Source of the DNA: a virus
Taxonomy: Duplodnaviria > Caudoviricetes
Virus record (IMG/VR): IMGVR_UViG_3300048896_000199
Coordinates: 1 to 25,317 of that record
Length of the DNA: 25,317 bases
Reading direction: 5' to 3' (one strand)
In this document: positions 16,230 through 23,261 of the stretch, one piece after another
Layout: every line of letters starts with the position of its first letter
How positions within the stretch are numbered: position 1 is the first letter of the stretch
Program-made: the position numbers and the translations under genes
The notes under the pieces: model-generated
Told to the model about the DNA's origin: nothing
Seen by the model: the letters and a program-made list of their open reading frames with translations, nothing else
Database searches by the model: none

Positions 16230-16427
16230 ATGGATACCGACAAGGCGCCTGACCGCACGACCGTCATCCGCATCACCATCGACCGCCCGGTCGGCGAGGT
16301 CGACCGCGAGCGGCTCGGCGCCTCCCACGTGCTCGACGAAGTAGAGATCACCCGGTCGGCGACAGACGCCGTGGAGTATCAGTTGCGCAGGTTGGTCGAC
16401 AAGATGCTCGAGGCCTACCGGCGATGA
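16230..16427 (+). CDS. Hypothetical protein (65 aa), probably leaderless
   Basis: ATG 6 nt after TACAGT; stop overlaps the next ATG. Confidence 0.6.
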   Translation: MDTDKAPDRTTVIRITIDRPVGEVDRERLGASHVLDEVEITRSATDAVEYQLRRLVDKMLEAYRR

Positions 16428-16654
16428 CCGAGCCGGCCAAGCGCAGGCCCGGCCGGCCACGAACCGGCGTCACCCCGAAGCGCAACATCCGCGTCGGACA
16501 GGTCTGGGACGACGCCGCGGCGCTCGCGGCCGCCCGCGGGGAGACGATGACCACCGTCGTGGAGCGGGCCCTCCAGCACTACGTGAAGCGGTACCGGGTC
16601 AGCCGAACGGACGACGGCGATCAAGCGATAGACCCTGGACCATCTCCGATGTGA
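16424..16654 (+). CDS. Ribbon-helix-helix DNA-binding protein
   Basis: RPGRPRTG-x-TPKRNIRV (beta strand), W-x2-A helix, GETMTTVVERAL-x2-YV helix. Confidence 0.75.
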   Translation: MTEPAKRRPGRPRTGVTPKRNIRVGQVWDDAAALAAARGETMTTVVERALQHYVKRYRVSRTDDGDQAIDPGPSPM

Positions 16655-16725
16655 CTCTGCCGCCGAACAACCCATCGGAGCCTCGCCGAACGCGAGGGGG
16701 ACCAACACTGAGCTGGCAACGGCGC

Positions 16726-16803
16726 GTGCAACTGTTCATCCGGGGCGTGCTGATGATCGCGCTCGGCGCGGCCGGGATCCTGGCCTACCTGCTGAACCGC
16801 TAG
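16726..16803 (+). CDS. Putative 25-aa single-TM peptide
   Basis: GTG...TAG gives VQLFIRGVLMIALGAAGILAYLLNR with nearly all G/C third positions; RBS weak. Confidence 0.4.
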   Translation: MQLFIRGVLMIALGAAGILAYLLNR

Positions 16804-16958
16804 TCGCCGGGGGATCAGGTCTCGGGGCCGGGGTTGACGAAGTCTGGCATCAACCCTCCCTCGCCCGGGCGCCGGCCCCTCAGCGAGCGCCCGGGCTGTC
16901 TATGAGGGTGAAGCCCCTCGGCAAGCCGTACGAGCCCCCCGCCGAGGGACAACGGGGG

Positions 16959-17189
16959 TCAGCTGGCGGGCTGACGGATCGGGGCGGTCTCCGGCGTGAC
17001 GCCGAGGCACTGCAGCAGGTCGGCGGCCAGCATGATCGCGCCCTCGTTGGGGTGCTCGACGGAGCTGAACCGCACGCCGCGCTCGGTGAGGATTCGCTGT
17101 ACGTCCATGACCAGGATCGCCGGGTTGTACCCGGACAGGCTGCCACGGCGGGGGGAGTTGGTGAGGTCGCTCGTTACGATGTTCGACAT
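16959..17189 (-). CDS. Hypothetical protein (76 aa; alternative GTG start at 17258)
   Basis: GAGG before ATG at 17189 (MSNIVTSDL...AADLLQCLGVTP); divergent from the RHH gene. Confidence 0.55.
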   Translation of the reverse strand: MSNIVTSDLTNSPRRGSLSGYNPAILVMDVQRILTERGVRFSSVEHPNEGAIMLAADLLQCLGVTPETAPIRQPAS

Positions 17190-17265
17190 GGTCAGGCCTC
17201 GATCCTGATCTAGAGCCCGGCCGGTGACGCGATCGCCGCCGGGCTCGTTTGTTGTCACTCACAGG

Positions 17266-17312
17266 TGTGTGCAGACACCCTCGGCGACCATAGCGCGACT
17301 GTGTGCAGACAC
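17266..17312. promoter_or_regulatory. Operator-like 13-bp direct repeat TGTGTGCAGACAC x2
   Basis: Copies at 17266-17278 and 17300-17312, each a near-palindrome (GTGT-GCAG-ACAC), just upstream of the RHH start. Confidence 0.65.
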
Positions 17313-17322
17313 GCTAGGGGTC

Positions 17323-17481
17323 ATGCCGAGTCGCGGGACGTCACGTTGGGCGATCCGCGTGCCTGAAGTGCTATGGCAGCAGTTCGGAGAGGTGGCGACA
17401 CCGGACCGGTCCGAGGTTCTGCGGGCGTTCATCCGCTGGTATCTGCGCAAGCCTGGGGCTGAGTTGCCACCACGGCCATGA
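17323..17481 (+). CDS. Ribbon-helix-helix DNA-binding protein (52 aa)
   Basis: T-x3-AIRVP-x2-LW-x2-F...DRSEVLRAFIRWYL-x2-PGAELPPRP, typical of actinomycete mobile-element RHH proteins. Confidence 0.75.
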   Translation: MPSRGTSRWAIRVPEVLWQQFGEVATPDRSEVLRAFIRWYLRKPGAELPPRP

Positions 17482-17587
17482 TCACATGCGTGACTGACTG
17501 GACACTCAAAGTAGCCGTTCGGATGGGGCGATTTGGTTTTCCGGGGCGTTAACTGATGGCTTCCCCCGCCCTTCCCTGGAGGTCAAC

Positions 17588-18031
17588 GTGGCCCATCCAC
17601 AGGTGGGCGCCCGCCGGCTCACCATCGCCTTATCCGCCGTCGTCGCGCTCGCCCTAGTTCTTGGCACCGCCGACATCTCTCTCGTGGCCGCTGGCGTCCC
17701 GGTCCCGCCGCCGCTCGACATGATCTTCGTAACGCTCGCCGTCGCGGTTGTCGTTCTGTACGACCGGTTGCGCTCGATCCAGATCCTCGACGAGGTCGCG
17801 GCCGTCCGGCGCGAGATCACCGCCGTCCGAACCGACATGGATGAGCGCGACGGCCGGATCTACGCTGCGCTGGTTCGGAGGTCTTCGGAGCCGACCACCG
17901 TCGAGATCCCGCGTCCCCGCGTTGTGGCCACCGTTCCGGCCATTGGGACGAGCGGCGACCTCGTTGAGATGCCATCCCCGACCACGGTGGAGGCCATGCG
18001 CCGGCTGGCCCGGAAGGTCACCGACGCCTGA
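17588..18031 (+). CDS. Membrane protein (two TM helices plus coiled coil)
   Basis: GGAGG RBS, GTG start, two hydrophobic segments; ends at the attP arm repeats. Confidence 0.65.
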   Translation: MAHPQVGARRLTIALSAVVALALVLGTADISLVAAGVPVPPPLDMIFVTLAVAVVVLYDRLRSIQILDEVAAVRREITAVRTDMDERDGRIYAALVRRSSEPTTVEIPRPRVVATVPAIGTSGDLVEMPSPTTVEAMRRLARKVTDA

Positions 18032-18254
18032 TCGTGGTTGCAATCGTGGTTGCAATGCACCCCGATGTTAGATGCTGCATGGCAGTGCAAACTCCCTTGA
18101 AATCAGGACAATGCACTGCCATGCAACGCCGGGCAGGCGACTCATAATCGCTCGGTCACGGGTTCGAGTCCCGTCCGCCCCACAATGGTTGACCTGCGCT
18201 GCTGCGGGATCACCGCGTACGGCCTGGCCCGCGTGGTTGCAGCGTGTGGTTGCA
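18031..18254. mobile_element. attP: tRNA-derived core plus arm-type repeats
   Basis: tRNA 3' half at 18136-18182; GTGGTTGCA at 18034, 18046, 18233 and 18246; adjacent tyrosine integrase. Confidence 0.85.
18133..18183 (+). other. attP core = 3' half of a CAU-anticodon tRNA (probably tRNA-Ile2)
   Basis: Anticodon arm GGCGA-CTCATAA-TCGCT, variable loop CGGTC, T arm ACGGG-TTCGAGT-CCCGT, acceptor strand CCGCCCC-A; no D arm or 5' acceptor strand upstream. GCAGGCGACTCATAATCGCT matches the ileX-type arm as I recall it. Confidence 0.85.
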
Positions 18255-19545
18255 TCGCCTCCAGCGACGCATTCATCTGCTCCGCGCGGAGCTGCATCAT
18301 CTCGGCGCTGACGTGGGTGTACCGGGCCGACACCGAGATCTGCGAGTGGCCCATCCACTCCATGATTTCGCGGCGGTCCATGCCGCCGGCGAACATCTCC
18401 GTACCGGCCGCGTGCCGGGCGTCGTGGACCCGGACCTTCGACGTGACGTAGGGCTCGCCAGCCTTGCGGCCGCGCTGGGCGACCCGCTCCACGACCCGCA
18501 CCCGGGCGGCCACGAGGATGTCCTTCCACTGCCCCCAGTCCCGCCGCGGGTCGGTAGGGCGGCCGTCGTCCTGAGGGAAGACGAGCCCGCCCGCCTCGCC
18601 GTCCGGCCCGAGGATCCGCTTCCACCGCGGGCCTACGGCCATGCGCAGCTCGCGCTGCTGCCGGCGGTGCTCCCTCAGCACCTGGACCAGCACTTCGGGC
18701 AGGGGCAGGAGTCGGCGGGACTTCTTCGACTTCGGCGGAGCGAACACCAGCCCGCCGCCGACGCGGGCCGGGCAGGACGCCGGCCGCTTCCCGCACGGGT
18801 CGGTGCAGCCGTGCCGCCACTTCAGCCGGAGCAGCTCCCACTGCACGCGCAGCGTCGGTACCGACGAATCCAGGTCGACGTAGTCCCACATCAGCCCAAG
18901 GACCTCACCCTGCCGCAGCCCGAGAGCGAGCGCGACCCACCACCGGGCCAACGCACCGGTCTGGGCGGCGGCGTCCAGGACACGTCGGATCTCGTCCACA
19001 GTCAGCGGGTCGACCTCCGGGTTCCCGCCGCCGCTGGGCTTGTCCACCAGGTCGCACGGGTTGCGAGGGAGCAGGCCTCGCTTCACCGCGACCTCCAGGG
19101 CGCCCGACAGTATGTGGAAGGTCTGCAGCGCAAACGCCGGCGCGGCCCGGCGCTCGAACGCGGTGAAGAACGCTTCGATCGCGCCGACCATGTCGGCCAG
19201 CGGCCGGTTGAGTCGCAGGTGCCCGATGGCCGGGATGACGTTGTGGCGCAGGGTCGACTCGTACCCCTGCAGCGTTGAGGCGCGCACCCGCCGCGGCGCG
19301 ACGACGGTCAGGTACTCCTCCAGCCAGTCGCCCACGGTCGGCGTGGTGCCGACCTTCGGCACGTGGCCGATGCGCAGCTTCTCCTCGAGCTTCGTGATGC
19401 TCTCCGCCACCGCGGCGGCGGTCTTGCCGCGGATGTGCCGGCGGTCGAGCTTGCCGTCCGGCTTGTGCCCGACGGTGAGGTAGCAGTGGTACCAGCCGTC
19501 CTTGCCTTCGTAGATACTGGGGCGGCCGTTGGGTTGGCGGGCCAT
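18142..19545 (-). CDS. int: Tyrosine integrase (467 aa)
   Basis: N-terminal arm-binding region (SIYEGKDG), catalytic GLRQGE, PKSKKS, HDARH, GHS and RYTH; Cys-rich insert HGCTDPC...C. Confidence 0.95.
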   Translation of the reverse strand: MARQPNGRPSIYEGKDGWYHCYLTVGHKPDGKLDRRHIRGKTAAAVAESITKLEEKLRIGHVPKVGTTPTVGDWLEEYLTVVAPRRVRASTLQGYESTLRHNVIPAIGHLRLNRPLADMVGAIEAFFTAFERRAAPAFALQTFHILSGALEVAVKRGLLPRNPCDLVDKPSGGGNPEVDPLTVDEIRRVLDAAAQTGALARWWVALALGLRQGEVLGLMWDYVDLDSSVPTLRVQWELLRLKWRHGCTDPCGKRPASCPARVGGGLVFAPPKSKKSRRLLPLPEVLVQVLREHRRQQRELRMAVGPRWKRILGPDGEAGGLVFPQDDGRPTDPRRDWGQWKDILVAARVRVVERVAQRGRKAGEPYVTSKVRVHDARHAAGTEMFAGGMDRREIMEWMGHSQISVSARYTHVSAEMMQLRAEQMNASLEAMQPHAATTRARPYAVIPQQRRSTIVGRTGLEPVTERL

Positions 19546-19979
19546 CAGCCGGACTCCTCCTCGCTGGCTGGCTTGGGCCTACCTCGGTCGGCGCGGTCGG
19601 CCAGCATCCGCAGCGACTCGCGGATGAAGACCTTCTCGGCGGCCGGGGTGTTCGGGTCGGCCATGCGGCGGAGGATCAGCCGGAGGTCCGGGTCCATCTG
19701 CGGCTCCGGTTCGGGGTTGTCGCGCTGGCCGCTGATGCCCAGTGCGGCCATGGCGTCGTTGATGTCGGCGCCGACGCCCTCGCAGAACGACCGCACCTTG
19801 GCCAGGCCGGGCATGGTCCGCACCTCGCCGCGGCGCCACCGGTGGAAGGTGCTGGACATGACGCCGGTGGCCTTCTCGATGTCCTTGTCGGTCATCCCCC
19901 GGTGCCGGGCATTGGTCAGCGCCCGCTCAACGAAGCGCGCGAAGCGGACCCGGATCAGGTCATCGGATGGTGGCGACAT
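19545..19979 (-). CDS. Immunity repressor (XRE-type HTH, 144 aa)
   Basis: GMTDKDIEKATGVMSSTFHRWRRG...P HTH; ATG at 19979 chosen because coding bias begins there; divergent from xis and TGATG-coupled to int. Confidence 0.8.
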   Translation of the reverse strand: MSPPSDDLIRVRFARFVERALTNARHRGMTDKDIEKATGVMSSTFHRWRRGEVRTMPGLAKVRSFCEGVGADINDAMAALGISGQRDNPEPEPQMDPDLRLILRRMADPNTPAAEKVFIRESLRMLADRADRGRPKPASEEESG

Positions 19980-20103
19980 GGACCAATGTTGAGTGCGATT
20001 TCCGGGCCTGCTGTCCCGCTGACAACGGTGCCGCGACCGGCGGTACCGCGGCTTGACCGGACTGAGCCCGGCTGTCCGCTCGATCTCCATTACTGCACGC
20101 GAC

Positions 20104-20209
20104 TGCATAGCAATGAAGGTACCCAAGAGGATGGTCCGGTGAATCAGCCGAACGGCTGACCACTGCGACGCATCGCAGTGCGCTACGGTCAGTCCCATGC
20201 ATCGCACTA
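20104..20209. promoter_or_regulatory. Switch region with operator-like palindrome and repeats
   Basis: CACTGCGA-CGCA-TCGCAGTG at 20161-20180; related TGCATAGCAATG (20104) and TGCATCGCACTA (20198). Confidence 0.6.
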
Positions 20210-20439
20210 ACCAGGGGTCGACCGCGATCGGTGATGGCGAACCGGATCATGAGCGCTTGGCCTACTCCGTTCCCGAGGCCGCCGACCTCATCGGTATCAG
20301 TGCGCGGCGCCTGTGGGACCACGTACGCACCAAGAAGATCAAGACGTTCCGCGACGGCACCCGCCGGCTGATCAGTCGGCAGGCGTGCGAGGCCTTCATC
20401 GCCAGTCGCGAAGCCGCCGAGCAGGACGAGGTCGCCTGA
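20197..20439 (+). CDS. xis: Excisionase / HTH_17-type DNA-binding protein
   Basis: LAYSVPEAADLIGIS...I-x-TFRDG-x-RRLI; first gene of the rightward early operon. Confidence 0.8.
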   Translation: MHRTNQGSTAIGDGEPDHERLAYSVPEAADLIGISARRLWDHVRTKKIKTFRDGTRRLISRQACEAFIASREAAEQDEVA

Positions 20440-20537
20440 TGTCGGGCTCAGGTGGGGCCGGCAGTGGCCCCGGGGGCGACGGCGGCACCGGCCCGGGACG
20501 TCTCCTCGCATCCCTCCTATCGCCTCGGAGCGACCGC

Positions 20538-20696
20538 ATGACCCAGACCCTCACCATGCCCCGACCGCAAGACCCGCAGCCGCCTCCTCCGCCGCCCCGG
20601 CCAACGCCCGCCGTCTGGCCCCACACCCTCCTGCTCGTCGCCGGTCTGCTCATCGTCCTGGCCGCCGGTGTGCTCGGGATCGTGGGGCACCGGTGA
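20538..20696 (+). CDS. Small Pro-rich membrane protein (52 aa)
   Basis: GGAG RBS, ATG at 20538, poly-Pro then one TM helix; GTGA overlap with the next gene. Confidence 0.6.
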   Translation: MTQTLTMPRPQDPQPPPPPPRPTPAVWPHTLLLVAGLLIVLAAGVLGIVGHR

Positions 20697-21268
20697 GGTT
20701 CTTCTACGACACGGAGTTCATTGAGGACGGCCGGACGATCGACCTCATCTCGATCGGCATCGTCGCTGAGGATGGCCGGGAGTACTACGCGGTCAGCGAG
20801 GACATCGAGGCCGGCCTCGCCAACGACAACACGATCGGCTATCGGATCCGCCGCCACCCGTGGCTCATGGCGAACGTTGTGCCCCACCTCCCGTTGCGCG
20901 ACCAGGACGGCATCACCCCTGCCCTATCGGGTAGCAATGCCCCGCCGAACTTCTGGCTCGACATGTCCAACGGCCTCGTCAAGCGGCGCCGGGTGATCGC
21001 CGCCGAGGTCCGGGACTTCCTGCTCTCCGAACCCGATCCGGAGCTGTGGGCCTGGTACGGCGCCTACGACCATGTGGTGCTCTGCCAGCTCTGGGGTCGG
21101 ATGATCAATCTCCCCAAGGGCATTCCGATGTGGACCAATGACCTCAAGCAGGAGGTCATGCGGCGCGGCAATCCGAGGATGCCCGAGCAGGCCGAGGGCG
21201 AGCACAACGCGCTTGCCGACGCGCGTCACGTGAAGGCCATGTACGAGTTCCTCGGAGCCTCGTCGTGA
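20693..21268 (+). CDS. DEDDh 3'-5' exoribonuclease (Rv2179c/RNase AS-like)
   Basis: FFYDTEF...DLISIGIV, WAWYGAYDHV and HNALADAR motifs. Confidence 0.85.
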   Translation: MRFFYDTEFIEDGRTIDLISIGIVAEDGREYYAVSEDIEAGLANDNTIGYRIRRHPWLMANVVPHLPLRDQDGITPALSGSNAPPNFWLDMSNGLVKRRRVIAAEVRDFLLSEPDPELWAWYGAYDHVVLCQLWGRMINLPKGIPMWTNDLKQEVMRRGNPRMPEQAEGEHNALADARHVKAMYEFLGASS

Positions 21269-21450
21269 CCCGCCGCCGGTGCTGGTACTGCTCGACGCCG
21301 ATGGAGTGGTGGGCGCCGCTGGTCGGGTTCCGCACCTGCGGTGACTGCGCCTACCGCCTGCACATGGGTGGCTCGCCCCTGCCACCGACGCCGCAGTTCC
21401 CCGGCCCCCGATCCGGGTCGAGCGCGGCCGGGTCAGTCCCGCCGGACTGA
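21265..21450 (+). CDS. Small CxxC...CxxC protein
   Basis: GTGA overlap; CWYC and CGDC. Confidence 0.45.
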   Translation: MTRRRCWYCSTPMEWWAPLVGFRTCGDCAYRLHMGGSPLPPTPQFPGPRSGSSAAGSVPPD

Positions 21451-21532
21451 CCCACGGGGCTGCTCCCGGGCGAGGGGCTAGGGAGCAGCCCCACCAAACG
21501 GCAATGCCCCCAGCCGGCGCACGACTGGGGGC
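21430..21532 (+). other. Three tandem GC-rich stem-loops (candidate structured RNA)
   Basis: GGGTCAGTCC/GGACTGACCC (21430-21453), GGGGCTGCTCCC/GGGAGCAGCCCC (21456-21492), GCCCCCAG/CTGGGGGC (21506-21532). Confidence 0.6.
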
Positions 21533-21555
21533 GCGGACACCAGAGAGAGGTTCCA

Positions 21556-21756
21556 ATGTCCACCGGTCAGAGTAGTTCATCGTCATCGAGCGGCATCGGC
21601 TTCGCCGGCCTGCTCACCATCCTGTTCATCGCGCTGAAGCTGACCCACGTCATCGCGTGGTCGTGGTGGTGGGTCCTGTCGCCGCTGTGGATCGGTACCG
21701 GTCTGGCGCTGATCGTGCTGGCGATCGTCGTCGTGATCGCGCTGGTGAAGTCATGA
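21556..21756 (+). CDS. Small two-TM membrane protein
   Basis: GAGAGG RBS; GIGF-x-GLLTILFIALKLT-x-VI-x-WSWWWVLSPLW, a motif common in phage early regions. Confidence 0.8.
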   Translation: MSTGQSSSSSSSGIGFAGLLTILFIALKLTHVIAWSWWWVLSPLWIGTGLALIVLAIVVVIALVKS

Positions 21757-22082
21757 CCGACGCCGACGTCGCGGCCATCACCCGGTTCCTCACGCCGCAC
21801 ACCATGACCCTCGAAGAGGAATGCCTGGCCCGGGAGGCGTTCGACGCCGCCCTGCGGTTGACCTCCGCCCACCTGCTCGCGAAGGTGCGGTCGCTGTCCG
21901 ACGGCGCGCTGCGGGATGTGCTGCTGTCGACGGAGATCCTGTCCTCGGTGATCGTCACCGTGATGACCGATCGGCAACGAGCGGTCGCTGAGGCCTGCTT
22001 GACGCCCGACTTCGAGCGGTCGTCCAGCCCTGAGGCTGCCTCGACCCCTTCCGATCGTCATATGTCGGCGGTCGGAGCATGA
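21753..22082 (+). CDS. Hypothetical protein (109 aa)
   Basis: ATGA overlaps at both ends; helical sequence. Confidence 0.6.
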   Translation: MTDADVAAITRFLTPHTMTLEEECLAREAFDAALRLTSAHLLAKVRSLSDGALRDVLLSTEILSSVIVTVMTDRQRAVAEACLTPDFERSSSPEAASTPSDRHMSAVGA

Positions 22083-22480
22083 GCGCCATCGACCGCCCGA
22101 TCGGCGAAGACCTGCGCGCCATCCGACAAGGCCTCGGCTTGTCGCTATCGCAGGTCGAAATCAAGTCCCAGGGGTTGTGGCAGACCGTCCGGGTCTGGTC
22201 GTGGGAACGCGGCCACCGCCACCCCACCGTCGACAAGGTCCGGGAACTCCTGGCCTGGTACGGCGGCTGGCGGCTGGCACTGTTGGGTCCGGGCGACGTC
22301 ATCCACCAGGCCCGGGGCGCCGACGACGGCGCCGGCGTGAAGTACTCCGTCGTCGGTCACGGCCTGGTTGTTCCCGCCGCCGACCGGGAAGAGGCGGACC
22401 GGATCGCGGCCGCCATGCCCGGCTCCCGGATCGGCTACCAACTGGTCAGTGCCATGTCCTACGTGGACGGTGCAGCGTGA
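22079..22480 (+). CDS. XRE-family HTH protein
   Basis: LRAIRQGLGLSLSQV...SWERGHRHPT. Confidence 0.8.
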   Translation: MSAIDRPIGEDLRAIRQGLGLSLSQVEIKSQGLWQTVRVWSWERGHRHPTVDKVRELLAWYGGWRLALLGPGDVIHQARGADDGAGVKYSVVGHGLVVPAADREEADRIAAAMPGSRIGYQLVSAMSYVDGAA

Positions 22481-22758
22481 CCACCTGGCTCACCCTCTGG
22501 GCGATCGGCTCCGTCGTCGCGATCGTGGCCGGCTGCATCGGCGCCCACTCCAACCACAAGCTCGCCACCGCGCCCTACGTCATGGACCTCGAAGCCGCAG
22601 AACACCGCCGCTGGCAGACCATGCACCCCGCCCACCACCGGGCACCCGGCTACGGCACCAACGAGTTCTACGTGCCCCGGCACCGGTCGTGCGGGGACAC
22701 CACGTTGGAGTTCGACCGGATCGTCGCATCACTGAACTGGGTGGAGGCAGCGGCATGA
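22477..22758 (+). CDS. Hypothetical protein with N-terminal TM segment
   Basis: GTGA overlap; VTTWLTLWAIGSVVAIVAGCIG; GGAGG near its end serves the next gene. Confidence 0.55.
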   Translation: MTTWLTLWAIGSVVAIVAGCIGAHSNHKLATAPYVMDLEAAEHRRWQTMHPAHHRAPGYGTNEFYVPRHRSCGDTTLEFDRIVASLNWVEAAA

Positions 22759-23261
22759 GCCTCGTCGGATTCAAGGCGGACAACCACCCGCAGCAGGTGG
22801 CCAAGCGAGGCGGCCTGCAGCGCATCGACGACCGGGCCACACACCCGGACGACTTCGCGGCCTGGAACGACCGGTTCCGCTTCACCATCGACGTGGCCGC
22901 GTCACCCCACAACACCAAGGTGCCCGACCGGTACTTCACCGAGACCGAGGATGGCTTGGCGCAGTCCTGGTTCGGCGAGCGCGTCTGGTGCAACCCGCCG
23001 TACAGCGACATCGGCGCCTGGGTCCGCAAGGCGTGGATGGAAGCGGACACCGCTGAGCTGATCGTGATGCTGCTCCCGGCCAACCGGACCGAACAGGGCT
23101 GGTGGCAGGACCACGTGGAGCCGTACCGCGACCGGCAGAGGGACTTCCGCGTGGAGTTCCTGCGCGGCCGACTGCGGTTCATCCAGGCCGGCCGTACCGA
23201 GGTCGGGCCCAACGAGCGGCCGCCGTTCGGCTGCTGCCTGCTGATCTGGAGCGCGTCATGA
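22755..23261 (+). CDS. Phage DNA N6-adenine methyltransferase (orphan)
   Basis: FTIDVAAS, DGL-x-QSW, VWCNPPYS, VMLLPA-x-RT and FLRGRLRF motifs; no restriction endonuclease partner seen. Confidence 0.9.
   Translation: MSLVGFKADNHPQQVAKRGGLQRIDDRATHPDDFAAWNDRFRFTIDVAASPHNTKVPDRYFTETEDGLAQSWFGERVWCNPPYSDIGAWVRKAWMEADTAELIVMLLPANRTEQGWWQDHVEPYRDRQRDFRVEFLRGRLRFIQAGRTEVGPNERPPFGCCLLIWSAS

Noticed and set aside
18100-18190. Complete functional tRNA gene
   Set aside because: No 5' acceptor strand (GGGGCGG expected) or D arm upstream; only the 3' half is present, as expected for attP.
18142-19600. BPs-type integration-dependent immunity with ssrA-like tags
   Set aside because: attP is in int, not the repressor, and neither C-terminus (..TERL, ..EESG) resembles an Ala-Ala degradation tag.
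19980-20207. N-terminal extension of the repressor in the 220-aa track ORF
   Set aside because: Poor codon bias, overlaps the xis start and the operator region; ATG at 19979 fits better.
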